Source: an uncultured Acidobacteriaceae bacterium
GTDB taxonomy: Bacteria > Acidobacteriota > Terriglobia > Terriglobales > Acidobacteriaceae
Length of the DNA stretch: 64,000 nt
Assembly: GCA_963834805.1 (NCBI GenBank)
Contig: CAWIDB010000007.1
Coordinates: 89,536-153,535, forward strand
Reading direction: 5' to 3'
The position numbers and the translations under genes were made by a program. The notes beneath the pieces are model-generated. The model saw only the letters and a program-made list of their open reading frames with translations, had not been told where the DNA came from and searched no databases. Below, one piece after another: positions 53,286 to 64,000 of the stretch; the first letter of the stretch is position 1; every line of letters begins with the position of its first letter.

Positions 53286-54230
53286 ATGGCGGGAAAGAAG
53301 AAACAAAAAGGCGGCAGCGCAAAGGGGAAGAAAGATAAAGGCAGGCAACAACCCATCGACATAGCCACCGTACCCGCGGCGACCCTACACCTGGGCAGAG
53401 ATTGCGACTACGACAGTGAACTGGCCCGCCTGCAGATCGAACTGGTGAAGTTGCAGGAGTGGATCAAGCACGAAAGACTGCGCGTGGTGATTTTGTTTGA
53501 GGGCCGCGACGCGGCGGGCAAGGGGGGCGCGATCAAACGGATCACGGAGTCGCTGAACCCACGCATCTGCCGGATCGTTGCTCTGGGCACTCCGACGGAA
53601 CGGGAGAAGACGCAATGGTACTTCCAGCGCTACGTCGCCCACCTGCCCGCCGCGGGAGAGATGGTGCTGTTCGACCGCAGTTGGTACAACCGCGCGGGCG
53701 TGGAACGGGTGATGGGCTTCTGCACGGAAGCCGAGTATCAGGAGTTCATGCATAGCTGTCCGGAGTTTGAGCGGATGCTGATCCGCTCCGGCATCGTGCT
53801 GATCAAATACTGGTTTTCAGTGAGCGACGAAGAGCAGGAGCGGCGCTTCCAGGAGCGGATGAACAATCCGACCAAACGCTGGAAGATCAGCCCGATGGAC
53901 CTGGAATCGCGCAAGCACTGGGACGACTACTCGCGCGCGAAGGACGAGATGTTCGCGGTGACCGACACGCAACAGTCTCCCTGGTACGTGGTGAACTCGG
54001 AGGACAAGAAGTCCGCGCGGCTGAACGTGATCCGCCACCTGCTGTCGCTGATACCCTATCGCGATCTGACCGCGGAGTCGCTGAAGCTGCCTCCGCTGCG
54101 CAAATCCGAGTATGTGCGTCCTCCGATGCAGAACCAGAACTTCATTCCGGTGGTCTACCAGAAGAAGATCAAGGAAGCCAAGGACAAGGCGAAGGAGCCG
54201 GTGGTGAAGGCGAAGCCCGCCGGGGCTTAG
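53286..54230 (+). CDS. ppk2: polyphosphate kinase 2
   Basis: FEGRDAAGKGGAIKRI (Walker A), YFQRYVAHLPAAGEMVLFDRSWYNRAGVERV, DLESRKHWDDY. Confidence 0.9.
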   Translation: MAGKKKQKGGSAKGKKDKGRQQPIDIATVPAATLHLGRDCDYDSELARLQIELVKLQEWIKHERLRVVILFEGRDAAGKGGAIKRITESLNPRICRIVALGTPTEREKTQWYFQRYVAHLPAAGEMVLFDRSWYNRAGVERVMGFCTEAEYQEFMHSCPEFERMLIRSGIVLIKYWFSVSDEEQERRFQERMNNPTKRWKISPMDLESRKHWDDYSRAKDEMFAVTDTQQSPWYVVNSEDKKSARLNVIRHLLSLIPYRDLTAESLKLPPLRKSEYVRPPMQNQNFIPVVYQKKIKEAKDKAKEPVVKAKPAGA

Positions 54231-54278
54231 TGGGGGGAGACGGGCCGCCGCGCGCGGGCAACTTCCTTCGCGGAATTG

Positions 54279-54322
54279 CTGCGCCGTTGCCATGCGCGGG
54301 GGTGGGTGGTAGGCTGCCAATG
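54279..54322 (+). promoter_or_regulatory. sigma70-like promoter module, copy 1 (TTGCCA-N17-TAGGCT), upstream of glnA
   Basis: ctgcgccgttgccatgcgcgggggtgggtggtaggctgccaatg. -35 at 54287-54292 and -10 at 54310-54315. Near-identical module at 56077-56122. Confidence 0.45.
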
Positions 54323-54591
54323 TCGCGCAACCGGTAAAACTCAGGTTCTATAAATCGCCGGAACGTGCGAATATCGCACTGTTTCGGGGTTGCGCATGCT
54401 GAACCGGAGAGAGTGAAGTTGCAGGCCACGGCGCAGGGCGAGAAGCCGGCGCGCTGACGTTCCTCCTCTCGAAGATCCAATTCTGGTTGTACTAGAATCA
54501 TCGCAAACAAATTCGCGCTGCATAGTTGTTGCATCGCTTTGAATCCACCGATGTAGTCACCCGCGAGGCAAATGATCAAGGAGAAAAAATC

Positions 54592-56013
54592 ATGCCCAAG
54601 ACTGCAAACGAAGTCATTAAACTTGCCAAGGACACAGGGGTCAAGATTGTGGACCTGAGGTTTGTCGATCTGCCCGGAATGTGGCAACACTTCTCGATTC
54701 CGGTTGAAGACCTGGAGGAGGACCTGTTCAACGAAGGGATTGGGTTTGACGGCTCCAGCATCCGCGGGTTCCAGCAGATCAACGAAAGCGACATGCTTCT
54801 GTTCCCCGACCCAGAGACGGCGTATGTGGACCCGATCCTGGAGGTGCCGACGCTGAGCATCATCTGCGATGTGAAGGACCCGATCTCGGGCAAGCCGTAC
54901 AGCCGCGACCCGCGCTTCATCGTGCAAAAAGCAGAGGCGTACCTGAAGAGCAGCGGCATTGCGGAGACCAGCTACTGGGGACCGGAGCTGGAGTTTTACA
55001 TCTTCGACGACGTGCGCTACGACCAGACCGCGTTCACCGGCTTCTATCGCATCGACTCGAATGAAGGGATATGGAACAGCGGGCGGGCAGAAAGCCCGAA
55101 CCTGGGATTCAAGCTGCGGCACAAGGAGGGCTACTTCCCGGTGCCGCCGTCGGACCAGCAACAGGACCTGCGCTCCGAGATCATATTGAAGATGAAGGAA
55201 GTGGGCATACCGGTGGAAGTGCATCATCACGAGGTTGGGACGGCGGGGCAGGGCGAGATCGACATGCGCTTCTCTCCGCTGAAGAAGATGGCGGACAACG
55301 TGATGTATTACAAGTACATCATCCACAACGTGTCGCGGAAGCACGGGAAGGTGGCGACGTTCATGCCCAAACCGATCTTCGGCGATAACGGGTCCGGCAT
55401 GCACGTACACCAGAGCTTGTGGAAGGACGGCACCAATCTGTTTTACGACGCAAAAGGCTACAGCCTGCTGAGCCAGACGGCGCTGTACTACATTGGCGGG
55501 CTGCTGAAACATGCACCGGCGCTGCTGGCACTGTGCGCTCCGACGACCAACTCGTACCGGCGGCTGGTGCCGGGGTACGAGGCGCCGGTAAACCTGGCGT
55601 TCTCGCAGCGCAACCGCTCGGCCGCGGTGAGAATTCCGGTGTATTCGAAGAGTCCGAAATCGAAGCGCCTGGAGTTCCGCTGCCCCGACCCGTCAGCCAA
55701 CCCGTACCTGTGCTTCTCCGCGCTGCTGATGGCCGGACTGGACGGAATCCAGAACAAGATCGATCCGGGCGAGCCGCTGGAGAAGGACCTGTACGATCTG
55801 GAGCCTGCGGAGGCCGCGAAGATCAAGAGCACGCCGGGCTCGCTGGGCGAGGTCCTCGAGGCGCTGGAGAAGGACCACGAGTTCCTGCTGAAGGGAGATG
55901 TGTTCACTGAGGACCTGATCTCGACATGGATCTCGTACAAGCGGGAGCGCGAGCTGGCTCCGGTGAACCTGCGTCCTGTGCCGTACGAGTTCTACCTGTA
56001 CTTCGACATATAG
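54592..56013 (+). CDS. glnA: glutamine synthetase, type I
   Basis: 473 aa from the ATG at 54592 (RBS aaggagaaa). [54 protein letters not shown]. The adenylylation-loop motif NLYDLP of GSI-beta enzymes appears here as DLYDLEP. Confidence 0.95.
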   Translation: MPKTANEVIKLAKDTGVKIVDLRFVDLPGMWQHFSIPVEDLEEDLFNEGIGFDGSSIRGFQQINESDMLLFPDPETAYVDPILEVPTLSIICDVKDPISGKPYSRDPRFIVQKAEAYLKSSGIAETSYWGPELEFYIFDDVRYDQTAFTGFYRIDSNEGIWNSGRAESPNLGFKLRHKEGYFPVPPSDQQQDLRSEIILKMKEVGIPVEVHHHEVGTAGQGEIDMRFSPLKKMADNVMYYKYIIHNVSRKHGKVATFMPKPIFGDNGSGMHVHQSLWKDGTNLFYDAKGYSLLSQTALYYIGGLLKHAPALLALCAPTTNSYRRLVPGYEAPVNLAFSQRNRSAAVRIPVYSKSPKSKRLEFRCPDPSANPYLCFSALLMAGLDGIQNKIDPGEPLEKDLYDLEPAEAAKIKSTPGSLGEVLEALEKDHEFLLKGDVFTEDLISTWISYKRERELAPVNLRPVPYEFYLYFDI

Positions 56014-56035
56014 AGTGCCGCAGTTTGAACGACTG

Positions 56036-56070
56036 GAAGAGGCCTGCCGAAAGCGGGCCTCTTCTTTTTG
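56036..56070 (+). terminator. Rho-independent terminator after glnA
   Basis: gaagaggcc-tgccgaaagcg-ggcctcttc followed by tttttg. Confidence 0.75.
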
Positions 56071-56076
56071 AGGCCG

Positions 56077-56122
56077 CTGCGCCGCGTTGCCATGCGCGGG
56101 AGCGGGTGATAGGCTGCGAATG
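56077..56122 (+). promoter_or_regulatory. sigma70-like promoter module, copy 2 (TTGCCA-N17-TAGGCT), upstream of icd
   Basis: ctgcgccgcgttgccatgcgcgggagcgggtgataggctgcgaatg. -35 at 56087-56092 and -10 at 56110-56115, 45 nt before the icd ATG. Confidence 0.5.
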
Positions 56123-56160
56123 CTGGACAATTTGGCACTAACACGGGAGCAACAACACAC

Positions 56161-57561
56161 ATGCAAACGAGCTACAACGGAATTCCGGTCCCGGCAAACG
56201 GCAAAGCAATTGAGTACGCGAACGGGGTGTATACCGTTCCCGATCATCCGATCATTCCTTTTATTGAGGGCGATGGGACGGGGCGGGACATATGGCGGGC
56301 GTCCAAACGGGTGTTCGACGCGGCGGTGGAGAAGGCGTACGGCGGCAAGCGGAGCGTGGAGTGGTACGAGGTGCTGGCGGGGGAGAAGAGCTATCGCAAG
56401 AACGGGGAGTGGCTGCCCGACGATACGGTGAAGGCGACGATGGACTTTCGCGTGTCGATCAAAGGGCCGCTGACGACTCCGGTGGGGGGCGGGATACGAA
56501 GTCTGAATGTGGCGCTGCGGCAGTTGATGGACCTGTACCAGTGCATCCGTCCGGTGAAGTACTATGCGGGCGTGCCCAGTCCGGTGAAGCATCCGGAGAA
56601 GCTGAATGTGGTGATCTTCCGCGAGAATACGGAGGACATCTACGCGGGGATCGAGTTCCGCGAGGGGACACCTGAGGCGGCGAAACTGATCTCATTCGTG
56701 AACGAGGAGATGCTGAAGGGAACCAAGAAGCGGGTGCGGCTGGACTCGGGCGTGGGGATCAAACCGATCTCGATTACCGGGTCGAAGCGGCTGGTGCGGG
56801 CTGCGATCCGGTTCGCGCTGAAGGAGGGACGCAAGACGGTGACCCTGGTGCATAAGGGTAATATCCAGAAGTTTACCGAGGGGGCGTTCCGCGAGTGGGG
56901 GTACGAAGTTGCGACCGAGGAGTTCCGCGAGCAGACGGTGACGGAGCGGGAGAGCTGGATTCTGGGCAATCTGGAGGCGAACCCGAAGCTGACGGCGGAG
57001 GAGAATGCGGCGCTGATTGAGCCTGGGATCGAGTTTGCGCCGAAAGAGTTTGGGGAGAAGGTGGTGGCCGAGGTGAAGGCGGTGCTGGCGGCGATTGGCG
57101 AGACGCACGGGGCGGGGAGGTGGAAGCAGAGGGTGCTGGTGAACGACCGGATTGCCGACTCGATCTTCCAGCAGATCATCCTGCGGCCGGAGGACTACTC
57201 GATTCTGGCGACGACGAACCTGAACGGCGACTACATCTCGGATGCGGCGGCGGCGCAGGTTGGCGGGCTGGGGATTGCTCCGGGCGGGAACGTGGGCGAC
57301 GGCTACGCGGTCTTCGAGGCGACGCATGGGACGGCGCCAAAGTACGCGGACAAGGACGTGATCAATCCGGGGTCGGTGATGCTGTCGGGCGTGATGCTGT
57401 TCGACTTTTTGGGATGGACGGAGGCGGCGCGGCTGATTGAACACTCGATGGAGAAGACGATTGCGCAGAAGTTTGTGACGTATGACTTCGAGCGCGCGAT
57501 GCAGGGCGCGACCAAGGTGAAGACGAGCGAGTTTGCGACCAGGATGATCGAGAACATGTAA
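56161..57561 (+). CDS. icd: isocitrate dehydrogenase (NADP-dependent, homodimeric prokaryotic type)
   Basis: [57 protein letters not shown]. Confidence 0.95.
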   Translation: MQTSYNGIPVPANGKAIEYANGVYTVPDHPIIPFIEGDGTGRDIWRASKRVFDAAVEKAYGGKRSVEWYEVLAGEKSYRKNGEWLPDDTVKATMDFRVSIKGPLTTPVGGGIRSLNVALRQLMDLYQCIRPVKYYAGVPSPVKHPEKLNVVIFRENTEDIYAGIEFREGTPEAAKLISFVNEEMLKGTKKRVRLDSGVGIKPISITGSKRLVRAAIRFALKEGRKTVTLVHKGNIQKFTEGAFREWGYEVATEEFREQTVTERESWILGNLEANPKLTAEENAALIEPGIEFAPKEFGEKVVAEVKAVLAAIGETHGAGRWKQRVLVNDRIADSIFQQIILRPEDYSILATTNLNGDYISDAAAAQVGGLGIAPGGNVGDGYAVFEATHGTAPKYADKDVINPGSVMLSGVMLFDFLGWTEAARLIEHSMEKTIAQKFVTYDFERAMQGATKVKTSEFATRMIENM

Positions 57562-57565
57562 AAAG

Positions 57566-58865
<1,300 letters not shown>

Positions 58866-59074
58866 CAGAAGCGCAGAGCGTAAATATGTGGGGTTGCAAG
58901 GTGTGCGCGGAGGTGTGATGCGCGGCACACCAGGGCGTCTGGGGTGGGGGGTATACTGCGAATTAAAGCGGTGTGTGCCCTGGATGGAGGATGCCAATCC
59001 AGGCCGGCCCTGGTCCAGGGACGATGACGATCACTGCACGTTTGACACAGTCAGGAAGAGAGAAAGAAGCTGCA

Positions 59075-60619
59075 ATGTCCTCCAGTTCGACAGGCCAATC
59101 AAGCAATCGAGTTCAGAATGCAGTGTTAGCGCAGCGCGTGATGAGTGGGGAAGAGGCGGCCGCGCTGATCCAACCCGGCGCACAGATAGGGATGAGCGGG
59201 TTTACCGGTTCGGGATACCCGAAGGCGGTGCCGATGGCGCTGGCGCGGCGCATCACGGATGCGCACCTGCGGGGGCAGCAGTTCAAGGTGAATGTGTTTA
59301 CCGGCGCCTCGACGGGGCCGGAGCTGGACGGCGCGCTGGCCATGGTGGGCGGGATGCAGATGCGGCTGCCGTACCAGTCGGACCCGATCACGCGCAAGCT
59401 GATCAACGCGGGGGAGATGCAGTACACAGACCTGCATCTGAGCCAGGTGGGGCAGATTGTGGAGTATGGCTTCCTGGGCAAGCTGGACCTGGCGCTGATC
59501 GAGGTGACGGCGATCCTGGAGGACGGGCGGGTGATCCCCAGCACGTCGGTGGGTAACAACCAGACCTGGATCGAGTGCGCGGAGAAGGTGATTCTGGAGG
59601 TGAACTCGGCGCAGCCGATGGCGCTGGAGGGGATGCACGACCTGTACTACGGGCTGGGCAGGCCGCCGCATCGGGACCCGATTCCGGTGACCACGGTGTG
59701 CAAGCGGATCGGCGAGCCGTATCTGAAGATCCCCCAGGAGAAGGTGATTGCCGTAGTACACACCGACTCGCCGGACCGCTCCAGCCCGTTCAAGGCGCCG
59801 GATGAGAACTCGCACAGGATTGCGGCGCACATTATGGAGTTTCTGGACAATGAGGTGAAGAAGGGACGGCTTCCGCCTTCGCTATTGCCGCTGCAGTCCG
59901 GGGTGGGGAACATCGCCAACGCGGTGCTGTACGGGCTGCAAGAAGGGCCGTTCAACGACCTGACCGCGTATACGGAGGTGATCCAGGACGGACTGGTGAG
60001 CCTGCTGCGCTCGGGCAAGATGGCCTGCGCCTCGGCCACGGCCTTCTCGCTGAGCCCGGAGGGGACGGCGGACTTTATTCCGAAGATCGGGGAGTTCCGC
60101 GACCGGATTGTGCTGCGCTCGCAGGAGATATCGAACCATCCGGGGATCATCCGGCGACTGGGCGTGATCGCCATGAACGGCATCATCGAGGCGGACATCT
60201 ACGGCAATGTGAACTCGACGCACATCATGGGATCGAGCATCATGAACGGGATTGGCGGCTCGGGCGACTTTGCGCGCAACGGGTTCCTGTCGATCTTCAT
60301 GGCCCCGTCGACGGCGCAGAAGGGGACGATCTCGACGATTGTGCCCATGGTGTCGCATGTGGACCACACGGAGCACGATGTTTCAGTGGTGGTGACGGAG
60401 CAGGGACTGGCCGACCTGCGCGGACTGTCGCCGACACAGCGGGCCGGTTTGGTGATTGAGAAGTGCGCGCATCCGGACTACCGCGCGGCGCTGCTGGATT
60501 ACTACAACCGCGCATCCCGGCTGTCGATCGGCAAACATACGCCGCATCTGCTGACGGAGAGCCTGAGCTGGCACAGCCGGTATCAGCGCACCGGGCATAT
60601 GCTGCGGCAGGCGGAGTAG
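59075..60619 (+). CDS. acetyl-CoA hydrolase/transferase family protein (succinyl-CoA:acetate CoA-transferase-like)
   Basis: 514 aa from the ATG at 59075. GMSGFTGSGYPKAVP, ...EVNSAQP..., GIGGSGDFARN (catalytic Glu-loop region) are typical of the AarC/Cat1/ScpC family. Confidence 0.8.
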   Translation: MSSSSTGQSSNRVQNAVLAQRVMSGEEAAALIQPGAQIGMSGFTGSGYPKAVPMALARRITDAHLRGQQFKVNVFTGASTGPELDGALAMVGGMQMRLPYQSDPITRKLINAGEMQYTDLHLSQVGQIVEYGFLGKLDLALIEVTAILEDGRVIPSTSVGNNQTWIECAEKVILEVNSAQPMALEGMHDLYYGLGRPPHRDPIPVTTVCKRIGEPYLKIPQEKVIAVVHTDSPDRSSPFKAPDENSHRIAAHIMEFLDNEVKKGRLPPSLLPLQSGVGNIANAVLYGLQEGPFNDLTAYTEVIQDGLVSLLRSGKMACASATAFSLSPEGTADFIPKIGEFRDRIVLRSQEISNHPGIIRRLGVIAMNGIIEADIYGNVNSTHIMGSSIMNGIGGSGDFARNGFLSIFMAPSTAQKGTISTIVPMVSHVDHTEHDVSVVVTEQGLADLRGLSPTQRAGLVIEKCAHPDYRAALLDYYNRASRLSIGKHTPHLLTESLSWHSRYQRTGHMLRQAE

Positions 60620-60643
60620 GGCGGAGACACCGATTATGCGAAT

Positions 60644-60668
60644 GGGCCTCTCCAGTGCGGAGAGGTCC
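60644..60668. terminator. hairpin between the convergent CoA-transferase and ilvC genes
   Basis: gggcctctcc-agtgc-ggagaggtcc (one mismatch), followed by atttgatt. Confidence 0.5.
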
Positions 60669-60696
60669 ATTTGATTGGCGTAAATTGCGGAGTTAA

Positions 60697-61722
<1,026 letters not shown>

Positions 61723-61780
61723 GATGGTTGATTTTCCTTTGCTGTAATGGTAGCTGAAATGAAGAGAGCGCGAGTGCGGC

Positions 61781-62422
61781 TTAGTCTTCGTCGGGGAGGT
61801 TGGGGAACTCGGAGGGGATGACCTCGGCGGCGGAGGGACGGGGTGTTTGTTTGGGCTTGGGTGCTGGCTTGCCGGAGGGAATGCCGTTGGCCTGGCCGAG
61901 GGCCTGGAGCACGCGGCTGGTGTGGTGGCCGCGGCGCATGGCCATGCGGCCGGTGCGGGAGACCTCCAGGATGGTGTAGTTGGACTCGCGCAGGACCTGG
62001 ATGAGGCCTTCGATCTTGCTGGTGCCGCCGGTCATCTCCAGCATGATGGACTCGGGCGCGAGATCGACGACGCGGGCGCGGAAGACGTTGGCCAACTCGA
62101 ATATCTGGGAGCGGGATTGCAGACCGCTAGGCGCGGTGGGGCCGGCGGCGACCTTGATGAGGCAGAGCTCGCGGATGACGGCCTCGCTGCGGCCGACCTC
62201 ATCGACATCGTTGGTGATTTCGAGCTTGTAGAGCGAGGCGCGGATGCGGTGCGCGGCGGTCTCGGGCGCCTCGCAGACGATGGTCATGCGCGAGGTGTCC
62301 GGCTGCTCCGATTCTCCAACGGTCAAAGACACGATGTTGATGCTGAGACGGCGGAAGAGCGAGGCGACACGAGTGAGGACGCCGGGTTTGTCTTGCACGA
62401 GGGCTACGAAGGTGTGGAGCAT
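61781..62422 (-). CDS. ilvN: acetolactate synthase small (regulatory) subunit, with Pro/Lys-rich C-terminal extension
   Basis: [39 protein letters not shown] (ACT domain) plus the ALS_ss_C domain, and an extra tail ...[18 protein letters not shown].... Confidence 0.9.
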   Translation of the reverse strand: MLHTFVALVQDKPGVLTRVASLFRRLSINIVSLTVGESEQPDTSRMTIVCEAPETAAHRIRASLYKLEITNDVDEVGRSEAVIRELCLIKVAAGPTAPSGLQSRSQIFELANVFRARVVDLAPESIMLEMTGGTSKIEGLIQVLRESNYTILEVSRTGRMAMRRGHHTSRVLQALGQANGIPSGKPAPKPKQTPRPSAAEVIPSEFPNLPDED

Positions 62423-62456
62423 GGGGGCCTTTCGGAAATCAGGTTTGATTGTATGA

Positions 62457-63099
62457 GCGCCGAAGGCGCGGGATATACCAGCCTAGGGCGAAGCCCTAGG
62501 AAACTGATGGCAGAACGAAACGAGGGCTGAAGGCCCGATCTATAATCGCTGCGATGCCACAATCGCTCTCGTTTCTGCTCGTCCATGTGATCTTCAGCAC
62601 GAAGGACCGAATGCCGAAGCTCGATGCTTCCGTGCGTCCTGCGCTCTATGCTTATCTTGCCACCGTCGTTCGCAGTGCCAAGTGTGAATGCTTTCGGGTT
62701 GGTGGCGTTGCCGACCATGTTCATCTGGCGATTCGATTGTCGCGCACAACGTCTGTTTCGGAGTTGGTGGAAGATCTCAAATCCTCCTCGTCCAAGTGGA
62801 TCAAGACGCAGTCGCCCGCGTTGTCGAAGTTCGCGTGGCAGAGAGGATATGGCGCGTTCTCGGTTGGGCCGACGGACTTGCAGGCATTGATCGAGTACGT
62901 CGAGAGCCAGGAGACGCATCATCGGAAGCATGATTTTCAGGAGGAGTTTCGCGCGCTCCTGAAGAAATATGGGGTCGAATGCGACGAGCGGTATATGTGG
63001 GATTGAGGGTTCTATGGGTCGGGCCTTCAGCCCTCGGGCATTTTGGGTGTCTACACATGGGGCTGCGCCCCATGCTGGTATAGTGCGCGCCGTTGGCGC
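62457..63099 (+). mobile_element. RAYT-type unit: IS200-like Y1 transposase gene flanked by mirror-image REP hairpin arrays
   Basis: Left flank hairpins: gcgccgaaggcgc (62457), cctagggcgaagccctagg (62482), gggctgaaggccc (62524). Right flank hairpins: gggccttcagccc (63021, the exact reverse complement of the innermost left hairpin), ggggctgcgcccc (63059), gcgccgttggcgc (63087). 'ataccagc' on the left and 'gctggtat' on the right are also reverse complements. Confidence 0.75.
62554..63006 (+). CDS. REP-associated tyrosine transposase-like protein (IS200/IS605 TnpA fold, HUH/Y1)
   Basis: 150 aa. HVIFSTKDR, HUH motif DHVHLAI, C-terminal catalytic-Tyr motif YVESQ (YxxxQ) and ...HHRK.... Confidence 0.85.
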   Translation: MPQSLSFLLVHVIFSTKDRMPKLDASVRPALYAYLATVVRSAKCECFRVGGVADHVHLAIRLSRTTSVSELVEDLKSSSSKWIKTQSPALSKFAWQRGYGAFSVGPTDLQALIEYVESQETHHRKHDFQEEFRALLKKYGVECDERYMWD

Positions 63100-63115
63100 T
63101 GAGGCTGCGAGGGTG

Positions 63116-63580
63116 CTAACGTGTCGCATTCTGTTCCGTCCAATGGTCCCAATATCTAATACGCAAATAATTGATGACTAACTTGGGGTTGTGTTTGATG
63201 AGTTCTACCATTGTGGCTTGGTCGTGTTGCAACTGATCGCAGATGTAGCTCAACTCGTTTGTATTGATTTCATCTCCTACGTTGTAGGCAGATGGAAACT
63301 GCACCTGCCGATCATATTCTTCACGAGTTGGATAGGGTTTACGGTAGTCCTCGGCCTCATCCTTAAGAATTGAATAGTTAAGACAATGACGAGCGAATGA
63401 AAGATCGAGGTATCTCTGCATGTCGTACAGTTGACCTGCAATGGGTTCGTCAGGGCGCTTAGGCTTTGCTGACTTTCCTTGCATCCAGCTTCCGAGCGTG
63501 TACAATCCCGCACCGAGACTTGTGAAGATCAGGGTACGGCAGTTTCGCAAGAGCCGGCGGAATGTTATCCGTATGGTCAT
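63116..63580 (-). CDS. hypothetical protein (ORFan-like, AT-richer) immediately downstream of ilvB
   Basis: 154-aa ORF starting 5 nt after the ilvB stop, on the same strand. Possible N-terminal TM helix (TLIFTSLGAGLYTLGSW). No family recognised. Confidence 0.45.
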   Translation of the reverse strand: MTIRITFRRLLRNCRTLIFTSLGAGLYTLGSWMQGKSAKPKRPDEPIAGQLYDMQRYLDLSFARHCLNYSILKDEAEDYRKPYPTREEYDRQVQFPSAYNVGDEINTNELSYICDQLQHDQATMVELIKHNPKLVINYLRIRYWDHWTEQNATR

Positions 63581-63585
63581 CGCAT

Positions 63586-64000
63586 CTATTCGGCCTCGGA
63601 GGTTTCGATGAGGGGGTCGGCTGCGGGGCGGCGGACCATCTCATGCAGCGCAGAGCCGGGGGCGATCATGGGGTAGACGCCGTCTTCCTTCTCGACCTGG
63701 AAGTTGATGAGGAAGGGATGGCCGCTAGTGCGGGCGCGGGTGACGGTGGGGATGACTTCGGCGCGCTTGCGGATGGTGGCCCCGGCGATGCCATGGGCGG
63801 CGGCGAGAGCGACGAAGTCCGGCGAGAGGATGGGCGTGCAGGCGTAGTTCTTGTCGTAGAAGATCTCCTGCCACTGGCGGACCATGCCGAGGAAGCCGTT
63901 GTTGATGACGGCGATGTTGACGGCGATGTGCTCCTGCTGGATGGTGGAGAGCTCGGCGGCGGTCATCTGGAAGCCGCCGTCGCCGGCGATGACCCAGACA
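63586..64000 (-). CDS. ilvB: acetolactate synthase large subunit, C-terminal part (gene continues beyond the window)
   Basis: ThDP-binding C-terminal region: GDGGFQMT.AELST..QE...V.I.V.NNG.LGMVRQWQ (here ...VIAGDGGFQMTAAELSTIQQEHIAVNIAVINNGFLGMVRQWQEIFY). Confidence 0.9.
   Translation of the reverse strand, partial: VWVIAGDGGFQMTAAELSTIQQEHIAVNIAVINNGFLGMVRQWQEIFYDKNYACTPILSPDFVALAAAHGIAGATIRKRAEVIPTVTRARTSGHPFLINFQVEKEDGVYPMIAPGSALHEMVRRPAADPLIETSEAE

Noticed and set aside
54323-54591. Long glnA leader examined for a glutamine riboswitch or a sigma-54 (TGGCAC-N5-TTGCA) promoter.
   Set aside because: There is no GG-N10-GC element with the invariant GG/GC spacing (ctgcatagttgttgca lacks the GG). 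I cannot verify a glnA-RNA fold by eye. It is left as an unexplained leader under the duplicated-promoter finding.
54169-55512. 447-aa minus-strand ORF antisense to glnA. Likewise 57924..58997 antisense to mdh, 59126..59830 antisense to the CoA-transferase, and 55693..56592 across glnA/icd.
   Set aside because: All are antisense to unambiguous housekeeping genes and show the Arg/His/Pro/Leu bias of GC-rich antisense frames.
56128-56150. 'tttggcactaacacgggagc' upstream of icd, which resembles a sigma-54 -24 box.
   Set aside because: The -12 TTGC element is absent at the required spacing. The sigma70-like TTGCCA-N17-TAGGCT module just upstream is a better explanation.

Overview
GC-rich bacterial chromosomal segment with about 60 protein-coding genes and one tRNA. 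I did not compute GC content. The gene content (TIGR03436-type VWA protein, ECF sigma/anti-sigma/DUF3106 operon) and the dense short palindromic intergenic repeats suggest an Acidobacteriota (Terriglobia-like) genome. That taxonomic call is inference only.

Core genes recognised from the translations:
- Central carbon metabolism: class I fumarate hydratase, icd, mdh, a succinyl-CoA:acetate CoA-transferase-like gene.
- Replication, repair and RNA: polA, rmuC, tadA.
- Folate, purine and lipid: purU, folP, purB, acpP-fabF, accD.
- Nitrogen and polyamine: aguA, pdaD, glnII, ppk2, glnA.
- Sugar use: a rhamnulokinase / FucI-like isomerase / aldose-dehydrogenase cluster.
- Branched-chain amino acids: ilvC, ilvN, ilvB (3' part).

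Accessory content:
1. A roughly 10.5 kb [FeFe]-hydrogenase locus next to tRNA-Val, with hydC-hydB-hydA, aspA-hydF, a nitroreductase, hydG and hydE. HydB lacks the C-terminal ferredoxin-like domain. hydE is split by a one-nucleotide frame change at T AAA AAG.
2. Visibly AT-richer mini-islets inserted between core genes. One is a two-gene pair of a membrane protein and a protein with an Rx4H (HEPN-like) motif. This is my best candidate for an undescribed toxin or defence module. Others are a DUF2513-like wHTH gene plus a secreted ORFan, a TumE/TumA-like pair and a vapBC pair.
3. An IS200-like HUH/Y1 (RAYT-type) transposase flanked by mirror-image REP hairpins, splitting ilvB from ilvN.
4. Several families of short palindromic repeats. 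Two copies sit in frame inside polA and folP.

Many long ORFs in the supplied track are antisense or out-of-frame artefacts of high GC and were not called.
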